A stretch of DNA of 39,818 nucleotides from Phycisphaerales bacterium (GCA_029212425.1 JARGNC010000003.1:1-39818), one strand, 5' to 3'. Counted from the first letter of the stretch, positions 8,643 to 18,509 are shown. Notes: generated by a model from the sequence alone, not told the origin. Numbers and translations: made by a program.

Positions 8643-10352
8643 ATGGAACGCGGCGAACATGACATTGATCACCTGCTCAAACTGAGCACTGATTCGTCGA
8701 ACATTGAGGGAACTCTCATCTGGGAGCCGAGCGAATCGGTAAGCGGGATTTCCTCACTCGCACTGCAAGGGTATCTTGCGGGTCGGAATGTACGAGACTC
8801 AGCGATTGATTCCGATGCACTGGAGACTTTCAGCAAAGCGATCCACGCTGAGCCGCTCGTAGCCCATGAGTTGGTGGTTGCGAGAGGAACTCCACCGATC
8901 CATGGCGACAGCGCCACCTACACCATCGATCCCTGCATCGCGGCACAAATCGAACGAATCTCTGCTCGCGCAGATGCGATCAAAGCCGGGAATATCACGA
9001 GGTCGATGATTGAACAGACCCCGGATGATGGAACAGATGATCCAGAATGCGGTCACACGGATGATGCAACCGAACCGTCCGAACTGCCGGAAACTGATTC
9101 AGATGAATCGGGCACTTCGCATTACGACCAGATGGGGTTCGTTGTTGTCCAGCGCGGAGACACCATCGCACACAAATCTGAACGCTCCGAGGGAGTCGAT
9201 GGGTGCGACATATTCGGGAAAACCATCCCCGCGCACGAGGGTAAACTCAACGAGGGCTTTCTTGATGAATCGATTTTCGTTTCCCCTGATGGCGTGTGCA
9301 CAGCACTCATCTCAGGCGTGCTGACCGCAACCGATACCAGTATCTCAATCTCCAATCACCTCTCCATTCACGGCGATGTTGATTTCACGACAGGAAGAAT
9401 CACCTTCCCGGGTAGCGTTTCAGTCAAAGGTTCAGTACGCGACCGTTTCTTTGTGCACGCACTCAAAGATATCGAGATCGACGGGCTCGTCGAAGCCGCG
9501 GATCTTCAATCCGACCAAAGCATCACGCTCCATAGAGGCATGGCCGGAAAAGACATTGGACAGACGAACGCAGAACAGAACCTGACCGCAGGGTATCTCG
9601 AATCCGTCATCGGCACGATCAAAGGCAATGCGGCCGTCAACAGCGAAATCACAAACTGCACGCTCATCATCCGCGGCGAACTCCATGCAGATTCCGCAGC
9701 GCTACGCGGCGGTGCAGTTGAAGTGAGCAAAACCGCTCGGATCGGCTCGATCGGTTCCGTACAAGGTGTCAAAACCGAAGTCCGTATCGGCACGCTACCT
9801 GATGTCGAGAAGCTCATCAGAAATGCTGACGAGTTGCTCAAGCAGATCGAGCGGAAGATCGAAATCGAGACATCCAAGAAAGAACGGATGGACAAAGCCA
9901 TCACCAAACCGACGCCTCAGCAGATCGAAGAACTGATGGGGCTGCAGTTCGAGATCGACGAGCTCCAATCACGCAAAAATGACCTCGATACATCACGCGA
10001 TATTCTTCTGAACCTGCTCTCGATCCACACCCAAGCCAAGCTTGAGATCACCAAAGCAATCTACGCGAAAACAGTCCTGTACTTCCCAGGATACCGGTGC
10101 GAGTTCTCAAATGACCTCATCGGCGAATCTGTGATTACGATCGGTTCGAACAGCAAACCCACACTCAACTACCTTGGCAAATCGATGCCACTGAGTGAGC
10201 GAGCTCGCATCATCCCGGACGATCGGATCCTCAAAGCTGAGTTCATCGATCCTGATCTTGAGGTGATAGAGCAGATCGAACCGGTCAGCCAAGACGGACA
10301 GGGCCCTCTGGACGACATGGATGATGGATCCGCGCTGCCCAATGCCGCGTAG
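8643..10352 (+). CDS. DUF342/FapA (flagellar assembly protein A)-family protein
   Basis: 569 aa. It has the DUF342-type signature VVQRGDTIAHK...GVDGCDIFGKTIPAHEGK. This is followed by repetitive beta-helix-like G-x-I/V segments, a coiled coil (EKLIRNADELLKQIERKIEIE...EIDELQSRKNDLD) and a terminal AKLEITKAIYAKTVLYFPG block. The assignment is from remembered family features, not a search. Confidence 0.65.
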   Translation: MERGEHDIDHLLKLSTDSSNIEGTLIWEPSESVSGISSLALQGYLAGRNVRDSAIDSDALETFSKAIHAEPLVAHELVVARGTPPIHGDSATYTIDPCIAAQIERISARADAIKAGNITRSMIEQTPDDGTDDPECGHTDDATEPSELPETDSDESGTSHYDQMGFVVVQRGDTIAHKSERSEGVDGCDIFGKTIPAHEGKLNEGFLDESIFVSPDGVCTALISGVLTATDTSISISNHLSIHGDVDFTTGRITFPGSVSVKGSVRDRFFVHALKDIEIDGLVEAADLQSDQSITLHRGMAGKDIGQTNAEQNLTAGYLESVIGTIKGNAAVNSEITNCTLIIRGELHADSAALRGGAVEVSKTARIGSIGSVQGVKTEVRIGTLPDVEKLIRNADELLKQIERKIEIETSKKERMDKAITKPTPQQIEELMGLQFEIDELQSRKNDLDTSRDILLNLLSIHTQAKLEITKAIYAKTVLYFPGYRCEFSNDLIGESVITIGSNSKPTLNYLGKSMPLSERARIIPDDRILKAEFIDPDLEVIEQIEPVSQDGQGPLDDMDDGSALPNAA

Positions 10353-10433
10353 TCCACAAGCGACCAGAACCGTCCGGGGTGTTTCGTGGTATATGCTCCT
10401 AGAAGCCATGCAATGATTGGCTCGAGGAAACAA

Positions 10434-11720
10434 ATGCCCGCACGCAGACCAAACATCTATTCCAAACCACCGCGATTCCTAAGCGTACTCGCGCTGTGCG
10501 GGTGTTCAATCATGGGATTGGGTGCGTCACAACTCCCGCAAGAGCAGGATCAGTCCACCCAAGATACTGAACAACAACAGCATTCCAAAGCTGCGCAAGC
10601 GTCAACCGAAGCGAGTGAGTGCACCATCACCCTTGATTCGGGTCGATCCATCACAGGCATCCTGATGCAATCCGATGAAGAAAGCATCGTCCTGCGGATC
10701 AATGGGATCGACACGACCTACCGACGAGAACGGATCGCATCCGTCAAGCTGCTCCCTCCGGTCTCAGAGAGATTTCGCAAACTCCGGGAATCCATCCCAG
10801 ACAACGACATCGAATCCCGGCTCATCCTCGTCGACTGGCTCCGAGATCGACGAGCGTATCAACTCGCGATTGATGAGCTTGATTCCATCCTCGAACTTCA
10901 TCCAGCACATCCACAAGCAACCATCCTCAAGACTTGGCTCGAACAACATCTCAAGCTCACCATGTCCAGCAACAAGCGGACACAACGCGCAACAACCCGC
11001 CGTCCCGCCGCTGAGCCGAAGCATTCTGTCCCGCTGCTAACTCCAGAGCAGATCAACCTGATCCGTGTCTACGAGTTGGATCTTGCTGATCCTCCACGAT
11101 TCCGGATCGAGGATTCAACGATCCGCACCCTGATGTCCCAGCAGCCAGATGCGTTCCCAGTCAATGAGCAGCAACGCGAAGCGATCCTCAAGAGCTCCGA
11201 TCTTGACAAACTCAAACTCCTTTTCCGGAATCGCGCTCGAAACCTGTATCACGAAGTCCAGGTGGATGAGGACCCTGAATCCTTTAAGGTGTTCAAGAAG
11301 CGCATCGCGGGACGAACAGGATGGTTGCTCAACTCCTGCGCAACGGTGAGATGTCATGGAGGCGAAGCCGCGGGTGAGTTTCGTCTCGTCAACCACGACC
11401 CGAACTCACCAGAATCGTTGTACACAAACTTCGTGACCATAGACAGATACAAACTCAAAGACGGGACTCCGCTGATCAACTACATCGACCCCGAACGATC
11501 CCCGTTGGTTCAGATGGGCATGGTCCGATCCAGATCCCTCTATCCACATCCGGATGTTGATCCGGTCGAGTTTGGACGCGACTGGAAACCGGTCTTCCGG
11601 ACCTCCACATCGACCAACTTCAAACGTGCGATCGATTGGATCCGCTCGCTCTATACCCCAAGACCAGATTACGGGTTTCAATACCCCCCAGCGTCCTCAA
11701 ATCCAGAATCCAATCCATAA
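10434..11720 (+). CDS. Hypothetical exported protein with a TPR-like segment and a C-terminal CX4CH motif
   Basis: The start was chosen at the ATG preceded by GAGGA. The track's GTG at 10386 is in frame. The signal-like N-terminus is MPARRPNIYSKPPRFLSVLALCGCSIMGLGA. The motif NSCATVRCHGG lies at 11337-11357. Confidence 0.55.
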   Translation: MPARRPNIYSKPPRFLSVLALCGCSIMGLGASQLPQEQDQSTQDTEQQQHSKAAQASTEASECTITLDSGRSITGILMQSDEESIVLRINGIDTTYRRERIASVKLLPPVSERFRKLRESIPDNDIESRLILVDWLRDRRAYQLAIDELDSILELHPAHPQATILKTWLEQHLKLTMSSNKRTQRATTRRPAAEPKHSVPLLTPEQINLIRVYELDLADPPRFRIEDSTIRTLMSQQPDAFPVNEQQREAILKSSDLDKLKLLFRNRARNLYHEVQVDEDPESFKVFKKRIAGRTGWLLNSCATVRCHGGEAAGEFRLVNHDPNSPESLYTNFVTIDRYKLKDGTPLINYIDPERSPLVQMGMVRSRSLYPHPDVDPVEFGRDWKPVFRTSTSTNFKRAIDWIRSLYTPRPDYGFQYPPASSNPESNP

Positions 11721-11834
11721 TGACCAAGATGCACGATCAGCCCCGGCGGTCGCTTGGCGCGCTACGATAGGAACAAATGCCCCTTGACGAGCCGGCAAGC
11801 CCGGTTGGTGAGACTGAGTAAGGATTTCACTCCG

Positions 11835-13277
11835 ATGACAGAACCGACACAACGATTCAACACCACACCGCGCATGACCTGGACCACCCGATCGCTGCTG
11901 CTTGCCGCTGCTGCGACTGCGATGATGGTCAGCGGCTGCTCCAAGAGCAACGACGCAAAGGACGCGGTGAACGAAGCCAGCCTTGAGTTCAGCAAGATCT
12001 CCGTCGGCGATCCAACCCTCTCAAGCACCATCGCGAGCACTTCTTACACCAACGCGGGCAACGCAACCTCTGAGTATGCAGGAAACGAGAAACCGTTCGG
12101 CGAAGCCGCTGCAGTCTCGCTCGCACTCTCGAAACTCGGGATGGCAACACTCGCGACAGGCGATTCCACCGACGCAGAGACTGAAGCGATGCACCGTTCA
12201 CGCATCATCCGCGGGCACCTCAGCGAATGGATCGCAATGAACGCGGTCGCAAAGGCATCCACCAACTTTGATCCCTCGCAAGACAAACGAGCACTGCAAG
12301 AACTCATCGAGCTCCGCAAAGCGGATGTGAAGGAATACTCCGAGTTGTTCGAGTCGCTGCAAGATGAGATCAAGCAACTCCAGTCGCAGATCGACGAGCT
12401 TGATGCAAAATCGGCGACCGAACGCAATGAGAGTGCGAAATACGAGCTTCAGATGACCAGCGTATCGGCAACCAAAGCCGCCCAACTCGCTGAGCGCGTC
12501 CGCGAGCACACACTCCGCGGCGATTCCTACGAACTCGAATCCATCCGGATTCAGGGACGAGTCGGCCAACTGCTCCCAGGCGCGCACGAGGTGGAACTCC
12601 AGGTCAAGAAAGCAATGGACCAGATCGAGCTGCTCGAACTCTCCATTGATGAACTCGACCAGCGTGTCCGTGATTCCAAGACCGATTCCGCTCAAGCACG
12701 CGCCAATGCTGAAGCCGCGAAAGCGAAGCTTTCCGAGTTGGTCCGCGATCTTGAATCGTACAGGTCTGACACAGTGATTCCTGCGAGCGACAAGGTCATC
12801 TCACTGATCCGTCAATCGCTCAGCGCCTCACGAAACGCGTCGAGTACAGCAAAAGCAAGCGGCGCGATCGCGAAAGCATCCGCTCAAGAGCATCTCGCTC
12901 GCGCGTTTGCTCAACAGGCGCGTGGAGAAGCGGAAATGGTTTCGCTCTACCAATCCATTATCAGCTCAGGAATCAGCGGCGACTGGCAGTCCAAGCTCGA
13001 CTCCCATACCGAAGCATTCAGCAACCTCACCGAAGAGTCGAAGCAAGCGTTCCAGGACGCCGCGTCCGCGCTCCGCAGCGGTCGATTCCGTGGTGTTGAA
13101 GGCGAGAGCATCGAAGCCGCCGCGATCCGCTTGGATCGTCTCGGCGGGATTGAGCCGGAACCTGAATACTCTGAAGAGAGCGAGTACACCGACTCGGAGT
13201 ACGACGAAGAGTACGATGAGAGCATGGACGACGAGAGCTTCGAAGACGAATACGACGACGAAGACAGCGACGGCTAA
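11835..13277 (+). CDS. Hypothetical coiled-coil lipoprotein with a highly acidic Tyr-rich C-terminal tail
   Basis: Starts at ATG 11835; the track's TTG at 11754 is in frame. The signal plus lipobox reads LLLAAAATAMMVSGC. A long heptad-like region follows (KQLQSQIDELDAKSATERNESAKYELQM...). The tail is EYSEESEYTDSEYDEEYDESMDDESFEDEYDDEDSDG. Confidence 0.6.
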   Translation: MTEPTQRFNTTPRMTWTTRSLLLAAAATAMMVSGCSKSNDAKDAVNEASLEFSKISVGDPTLSSTIASTSYTNAGNATSEYAGNEKPFGEAAAVSLALSKLGMATLATGDSTDAETEAMHRSRIIRGHLSEWIAMNAVAKASTNFDPSQDKRALQELIELRKADVKEYSELFESLQDEIKQLQSQIDELDAKSATERNESAKYELQMTSVSATKAAQLAERVREHTLRGDSYELESIRIQGRVGQLLPGAHEVELQVKKAMDQIELLELSIDELDQRVRDSKTDSAQARANAEAAKAKLSELVRDLESYRSDTVIPASDKVISLIRQSLSASRNASSTAKASGAIAKASAQEHLARAFAQQARGEAEMVSLYQSIISSGISGDWQSKLDSHTEAFSNLTEESKQAFQDAASALRSGRFRGVEGESIEAAAIRLDRLGGIEPEPEYSEESEYTDSEYDEEYDESMDDESFEDEYDDEDSDG

Positions 13278-13304
13278 AGAACTCCAACAACCCGATGGGT
13301 CAAT

Positions 13305-14279
13305 ATGAGTGTTTCCAATCAATCTGCTGCCATCGAAGGAACGCCTGAACTTCCTGATGTGCAGCAGCATCTGGTGAAACCCAATGATCCTGTTATCGGC
13401 ACCATCGTTTCCAATGAGGTTTGCACAAAGTCGAAGAAAGCCGCGAGATTTGTGCGCCATATCGAGATCGATGTTTCAGGCACTCCACTCGAAAACGCAT
13501 GGGTTTCCGGGCAATCCTTTGGGGTCATCCCAGAAGGACTGACCGAACAAGGGAATCCGCACAAACTCCGCCTCTACTCCATCGCGGCGCCAGCGAGCGG
13601 GGAGAACGGCAACGGGAAGGTCATCTCCACCACACTCAAACGCGTGGTAGATGAACGCTGGGACGATCACACACTCTTCAAAGGTGTCTGCTCCAACTAC
13701 CTCGCGGATCGTCAGATCGGTGACAAAGTCCAACTGACAGGACCGGTCGGCAAACGGTTTTTACTCCCCAAAGACCCCTCTGCACACAACTACATCTTCA
13801 TCGCGACCGGCACCGGGATCGCGCCGTTCCGTTCCATGCTCGGAGACTTGACCAAACTCGGGATGCCTTCGCGAGTGGACCTCATCATGGGTTCGCCTTA
13901 CGAGAGCGACCTGCTGTACGACAATGAACTCCGCGAACTGGCAGAAGACTATCCAAACCGATTCTTCTACCGGACCGCGATCTCCCGGCACAGGGTCCCG
14001 AATCAGAACGGCATGTACTATGTCCAAGGCAGAATCTTGGAAGACGCTTCCGTCCTCACTGAAATCCTCAAGAGCGATCGCACGCTGATCTACATCTGCG
14101 GGATCGCAGGGATGGAACTCGGTGTATTCCAATCACTTGCTGCGATCCTGGACCCCGTTTCGCTCGCTCAGTACCTCACAATCGACCCTGAGATCAGCGC
14201 CGATCCCAAAGCATGGGAACGCAAGATGATCTCCAGGCAAATCAAGCACACCAAACGCCTGTTCCTTGAGGTCTACTAA
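13305..14279 (+). CDS. Ferredoxin--NADP(+) reductase, plant/plastidic-type
   Basis: 324 aa. FAD-binding RLYSIAA, then GVCSNYL. The NADP-binding motifs are IFIATGTGIAPFRSM and YICG. The C-terminal residue is Tyr (...LEVY), as in plastidic-class FNRs. Confidence 0.85.
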   Translation: MSVSNQSAAIEGTPELPDVQQHLVKPNDPVIGTIVSNEVCTKSKKAARFVRHIEIDVSGTPLENAWVSGQSFGVIPEGLTEQGNPHKLRLYSIAAPASGENGNGKVISTTLKRVVDERWDDHTLFKGVCSNYLADRQIGDKVQLTGPVGKRFLLPKDPSAHNYIFIATGTGIAPFRSMLGDLTKLGMPSRVDLIMGSPYESDLLYDNELRELAEDYPNRFFYRTAISRHRVPNQNGMYYVQGRILEDASVLTEILKSDRTLIYICGIAGMELGVFQSLAAILDPVSLAQYLTIDPEISADPKAWERKMISRQIKHTKRLFLEVY

Positions 14280-14391
14280 ACCGCTCAGAATCGCACAGAA
14301 TCCCATATGATGGGGAACACCGCCGGTCAACGCTCGGTATGGGCCATAGACTTTGCTCGTTCGTATGCACTCGATATTGATGGAGGATCCG

Positions 14392-15522
14392 ATGAGGACC
14401 AACCGTACACGCTGTAACCCTTTGACTTCCAAGCTTGGACGAGCTTCCGCGTTCGTTGCTCTGAATCTGGTGCTCGCTACCTCAGCGATTGGTCAAACCA
14501 CAACAATGCCGCTCTCGACAATCGAAGCCGCATCGATCGGTGGTACACAGCAAACTCAAATTTCGAGCTTTGTCGATCACTGGGGTGAGCGTGCTGCATC
14601 CGCAGACGCTCAAGCCGCGTCCCGCGCTCAAACCAAACTCCTCGAACCATTGATCAACTCGCGTGTCTCCATCGCGTTCCGCAGTTCATACTCCGATGCG
14701 TTGGGATCGTACTTCGACTCCCTCACATCCGCCGGCGACATTGGATCCACCTTCTCCGCTCTGCGTCTTGCAGGAGAGCTGGGGACAGCACGAAGCACTC
14801 AGATCATCATGGATGGTCTCGACAGCGACGATGCGGGCGTACGCATCTTCGCCGCTGGTCGTGCTGGTCGCACATTCCGGACCACCGCTGCCAATGGCCC
14901 AGCACTCCCTGCGAATGATCTCACATCACTCATCAACAAACTCGCATCGATCACCAAATCCAGCGACGATCAATACCTCATCAGCGCCTGCGTGCAATCA
15001 CTCGGACAGGGTTGCAACCTGCCATCAAAGGACTTTCTTGCTGCTCGTGCGTTGTGTCTTGCCGCGATGTGCGACGCCGCTGGAGCACAGTTGACAAGTG
15101 GTGATTCTGATCTTGAATCCCGCGTGCGCATCGCGATGCTCGGATCAGGCGCTGCGACCAACTCGCTTTTCCAGATCGGAGAGGATTCGACCAACGCTGC
15201 AGTGAAGTCTGCGGTTGCGCTTGGTGCTGACATGATCTCGATCGCCCTCTCCGAGGTCATCAACGGCACCATGCCGAGCACGGACAACCGGGACCTGTAT
15301 ATCTCGCTTGTGCAATCAGGGGAGTCGCTCCTGTACTACGCACTCCGCGAGAATGCAGAGCTCAAGCGGAAACCGGTCGGGAATGTTCAACTCACCGCGT
15401 TCGCTGACCTCCTCCAATCGGGCAAAGACCGCGACTTCCGCAACCAAGCGGCTCTGCTGCTCGGAGCGGGATCACCGATCGTCACCGAGTTCGGATTCAA
15501 CGACGACCGATTCGTCAACTAA
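14392..15522 (+). CDS. Hypothetical secreted protein (Ala/Ser-rich, possibly HEAT-like repeats)
   Basis: ATG 14392 is preceded by GGAGG with a 5-nt spacer. The track's TTG at 14353 is in frame. The signal peptide is MRTNRTRCNPLTSKLGRASAFVALNLVLATSAIGQ. There is a weak HEAT-like DSDDAGVRIFAAGRAG segment. Confidence 0.5.
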   Translation: MRTNRTRCNPLTSKLGRASAFVALNLVLATSAIGQTTTMPLSTIEAASIGGTQQTQISSFVDHWGERAASADAQAASRAQTKLLEPLINSRVSIAFRSSYSDALGSYFDSLTSAGDIGSTFSALRLAGELGTARSTQIIMDGLDSDDAGVRIFAAGRAGRTFRTTAANGPALPANDLTSLINKLASITKSSDDQYLISACVQSLGQGCNLPSKDFLAARALCLAAMCDAAGAQLTSGDSDLESRVRIAMLGSGAATNSLFQIGEDSTNAAVKSAVALGADMISIALSEVINGTMPSTDNRDLYISLVQSGESLLYYALRENAELKRKPVGNVQLTAFADLLQSGKDRDFRNQAALLLGAGSPIVTEFGFNDDRFVN

Positions 15523-15571
15523 CCACGCTCTGTGAGCAACATTCCTGCACGCCAACGGGTACAGTGGTTCT

Positions 15572-17503
15572 ATGAGCCGAATGCTGATTCCTGTTGCTGT
15601 TCTTGTCGCTCTGGTCGCGCTGTCGGTCTTTGGTGATCGACCGCTCCCTCGTGCGGACCTGACCTTTATCAACTCATCAGAAGTCAACACGCTCGATCCT
15701 CAGAGGATGAGCTGGATGCACGACCTCCGCACCGCTCGCTTGCTGTACGAGGGGCTCGTCAAGAACAATGTCCTCTCCGACGATTTCGAGATCACCCCAG
15801 GAGTTGCTGAATCTTGGGAGCTGTCTGAGGATGCTCGGACCTACACCTTCCACTTCCGCGACGATGCAAAGTGGAGCAACGGCGAGCCGGTCACGGCGCA
15901 CGACTTTGTGTACTCATGGCGCCGAGCGATGCTCCCAGACCTGGTTTCCGATTATGTCGCGATGTTCATGAACATCGATGGCGCAAGCGAGTTCTACGAC
16001 TGGAGGCAATCGCAGCTCGACGGATTCTCAGATCGCGAGTTTGCAAATGATTCTGAGCGGCGCCAAGCCGCGTTCGCGCTCTGGGAAGAAACCAAGTCTC
16101 GGTTCAATGAAACGGTCGGCATGCTCGCTGTGGATGATCGCACACTGGTTGTGACGCTCGAGCGTCCTGTGCCGTACTTTCTTGAACTCTGCGCGTTTAC
16201 TGTGTTCGCGCCTGTGTACGAACCCTTGGTGGCGCAGTATGAACGCCCCGACCCCACAACCGGTCGACTGGTACGCCGACCTGGTTGGACCAAAGGCGGC
16301 GTGCTGATCTCTAACGGCCCATTCGAACTCACTGAGTGGCGCTTCAAACGCGATATGAGGATGGATCAGAACCCCCACTACTGGGATCGTGAATCGATCG
16401 CGATCCGATCAGTGTCTATCCCATCGATATCTGACCCCAACGCGGGAGTCCTCGCGTACCAGACAGGGTCCATCGACTGGATCTCCGATGTCACCAGCCC
16501 ATACCGCGGCGATATGGTCGCTCAAAAACTCGCGTTCCTCAACGAACACAAGGAACAAGTCGAGGCACTCAAAGCGCAGGGATACGACCAGTTCTCGATC
16601 ACGCGACAGCTCCCACAAGACCCACGCGCCCACACGCACGCGGTTTCATCGTTCGGGACATACTTCTACAACTTCAACTGCAAACCAAGACTCCCAGACG
16701 GAAGGAACAACCCATTTGCAGATGCGCGCGTTCGAAGAGCGTTCGCGATGTGCATCGATAAACCCGCGATCGCGAAGCAGATCCGCCGTCTTGGTGAACC
16801 CTCTGCGCACACACTCATCCCTCCCGGTTCGATCGGCGGCTACACCTCACCCAAAGGGCTCCCCAACATCGGAGACGCGGCGGATGAAGCCGAGCGTCAA
16901 GAGATCATCGAACAAGCAAAGGCACTCCTCAAAGAAGCCGACTTCCCCGATGACTTTGTCGTTGAACTCGCGTTCAACAAAGACGCAGGACACGACCTGA
17001 TCGGGCAAGCGATCGCAAAGAGCTGGCAACAATCGCTCGGCGTTGAAACCCAGCTCTCGCAAAAAGAAATCAAACTCTTCCGCGAAGACCTCAAAAATAA
17101 GCAATACATGACCGCGCGAGCAGGATGGTTCGGAGACTACGGCGACCCCACCACCTTCCTCGACATCAACCACTCCAAAGACGGGAACAACGATCGTGCG
17201 TACAACAACCCTGTGTACGACAAACTGCTCGAAGACGCAGGAAACGAGCTCGACCCCTCCAAACGCATGGCGATGCTCAGCGAAGCGGAACGGATCTTGA
17301 TTGAAGAAGATGTCCCGCTCGTCCCCATCTTCTTCTACGCAACAATCTATATGTTCGATGCGCACAAACTCACCGGACTCTCAACTCATCCACGCACGAA
17401 GCAAAACGCGTTCCTCATCGACATGCTCGGCGATGGGATCGGTCCCGATCTCCCTCGCCCGATGAACCCAGAGCGGATCAATACCGGAGCACCAACACCA
17501 TGA
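15572..17503 (+). CDS. ABC transporter substrate-binding protein, family 5 (peptide/nickel, OppA/DppA-like)
   Basis: 643 aa with an N-terminal signal/TM. The family-5 SBP blocks are LDPQRM...LLYEGLV, AESWELSEDARTYTFHFRDDAKWSNGEPVTAHDFVYSW, and NPHYWD...GW.GDY.DP.TFL. Confidence 0.85.
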   Translation: MSRMLIPVAVLVALVALSVFGDRPLPRADLTFINSSEVNTLDPQRMSWMHDLRTARLLYEGLVKNNVLSDDFEITPGVAESWELSEDARTYTFHFRDDAKWSNGEPVTAHDFVYSWRRAMLPDLVSDYVAMFMNIDGASEFYDWRQSQLDGFSDREFANDSERRQAAFALWEETKSRFNETVGMLAVDDRTLVVTLERPVPYFLELCAFTVFAPVYEPLVAQYERPDPTTGRLVRRPGWTKGGVLISNGPFELTEWRFKRDMRMDQNPHYWDRESIAIRSVSIPSISDPNAGVLAYQTGSIDWISDVTSPYRGDMVAQKLAFLNEHKEQVEALKAQGYDQFSITRQLPQDPRAHTHAVSSFGTYFYNFNCKPRLPDGRNNPFADARVRRAFAMCIDKPAIAKQIRRLGEPSAHTLIPPGSIGGYTSPKGLPNIGDAADEAERQEIIEQAKALLKEADFPDDFVVELAFNKDAGHDLIGQAIAKSWQQSLGVETQLSQKEIKLFREDLKNKQYMTARAGWFGDYGDPTTFLDINHSKDGNNDRAYNNPVYDKLLEDAGNELDPSKRMAMLSEAERILIEEDVPLVPIFFYATIYMFDAHKLTGLSTHPRTKQNAFLIDMLGDGIGPDLPRPMNPERINTGAPTP

Positions 17504-18504
17504 TGACCATGATCCTCCGCCGACTCGCGTCGCTCCCCATCATCCTGCTCGTCGTGTACACCATCACCCTCACCCTCGCGTGGGCGGTCCCTGGGAACCC
17601 TCTTGAAAACCCAGAAAAAAGACCCAAGCCTGAAGTCATCGAGCAGATGAAAAAGCAGTACAACCTCGATTCATTCCCGAGGTTCTATGTGTCATACCTC
17701 AGCAGCGTGACGGGGTTCGAGTACGCGAAAGATTGGATCAGCGGCGAACTCGAACGCGAACAAGAAGCGGCAGCGCAAGCGGGATTCCCACCTGCACCCA
17801 GACCGGTGTTTGATCTTGGTCCCTCGCTCGAATACGACGATTGGACAGTCAATGAAATCGTCGGCTCCGCGCTCCCGGTTTCCATCACACTCGGAGCCGC
17901 GGCCATTCTGATCGCGCTTGTGGTTGGGGTCAGCGCAGGAGTCATCGGCGCGGTCAAGCCCAACTCCGCATCCGACCTCTTTACACTCACCATCGCGATG
18001 ATCGGGATCTCGCTCCCCAGCTTTGTGATCGGGACTGCGTTGCTGCTGGTCTTTGCCGTCCTCATCCCATTGTTCCCAGTTGGGGGTTGGGGAGGTCCAA
18101 TGAAAGCGGTCCTCCCAGCGGTTACCCTCTCGCTCCCATTCGCGGCGTACATCGCTCGGCTCACCAGAATGGGCATGATCGAATCGCTCGGCGCTGATTA
18201 CATCCGAACAGCACGCGCCAAGGGAGCAAGTGAGAACGCGGTCCTTTACAAGCACGCGCTCAAAAACGCGTTTCTCCCTGTGCTCTCGTTCCTCGGACCC
18301 GCTGCGGCGCTCGCGATGACTGGGTCATTTGTCATCGAGCAGGTCTTTACGATCCCTGGGATGGGACAGCACTTCGTCAACGGCGTGCAGAACAAAGACC
18401 TCTTCCTCATCATGGGGGTGGTCCTGATCTTCGCGACGATGCTGATTCTGTTCAATCTGATTGTCGATGTGCTCTACCGCTGGGTCGATCCGCGGATCGC
18501 GTGA
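17500..18504 (+). CDS. ABC transporter permease (OppB/DppB-like)
   Basis: 334 aa. Its ATGA start overlaps the SBP stop. The multi-TM protein carries the EAA-type loop YIRTARAKGASENAVLYKHALKNA and the typical C-terminus DVLYRWVDPRI. Confidence 0.85.
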   Translation: MMTMILRRLASLPIILLVVYTITLTLAWAVPGNPLENPEKRPKPEVIEQMKKQYNLDSFPRFYVSYLSSVTGFEYAKDWISGELEREQEAAAQAGFPPAPRPVFDLGPSLEYDDWTVNEIVGSALPVSITLGAAAILIALVVGVSAGVIGAVKPNSASDLFTLTIAMIGISLPSFVIGTALLLVFAVLIPLFPVGGWGGPMKAVLPAVTLSLPFAAYIARLTRMGMIESLGADYIRTARAKGASENAVLYKHALKNAFLPVLSFLGPAAALAMTGSFVIEQVFTIPGMGQHFVNGVQNKDLFLIMGVVLIFATMLILFNLIVDVLYRWVDPRIA

Positions 18505-18509
18505 TCAGC

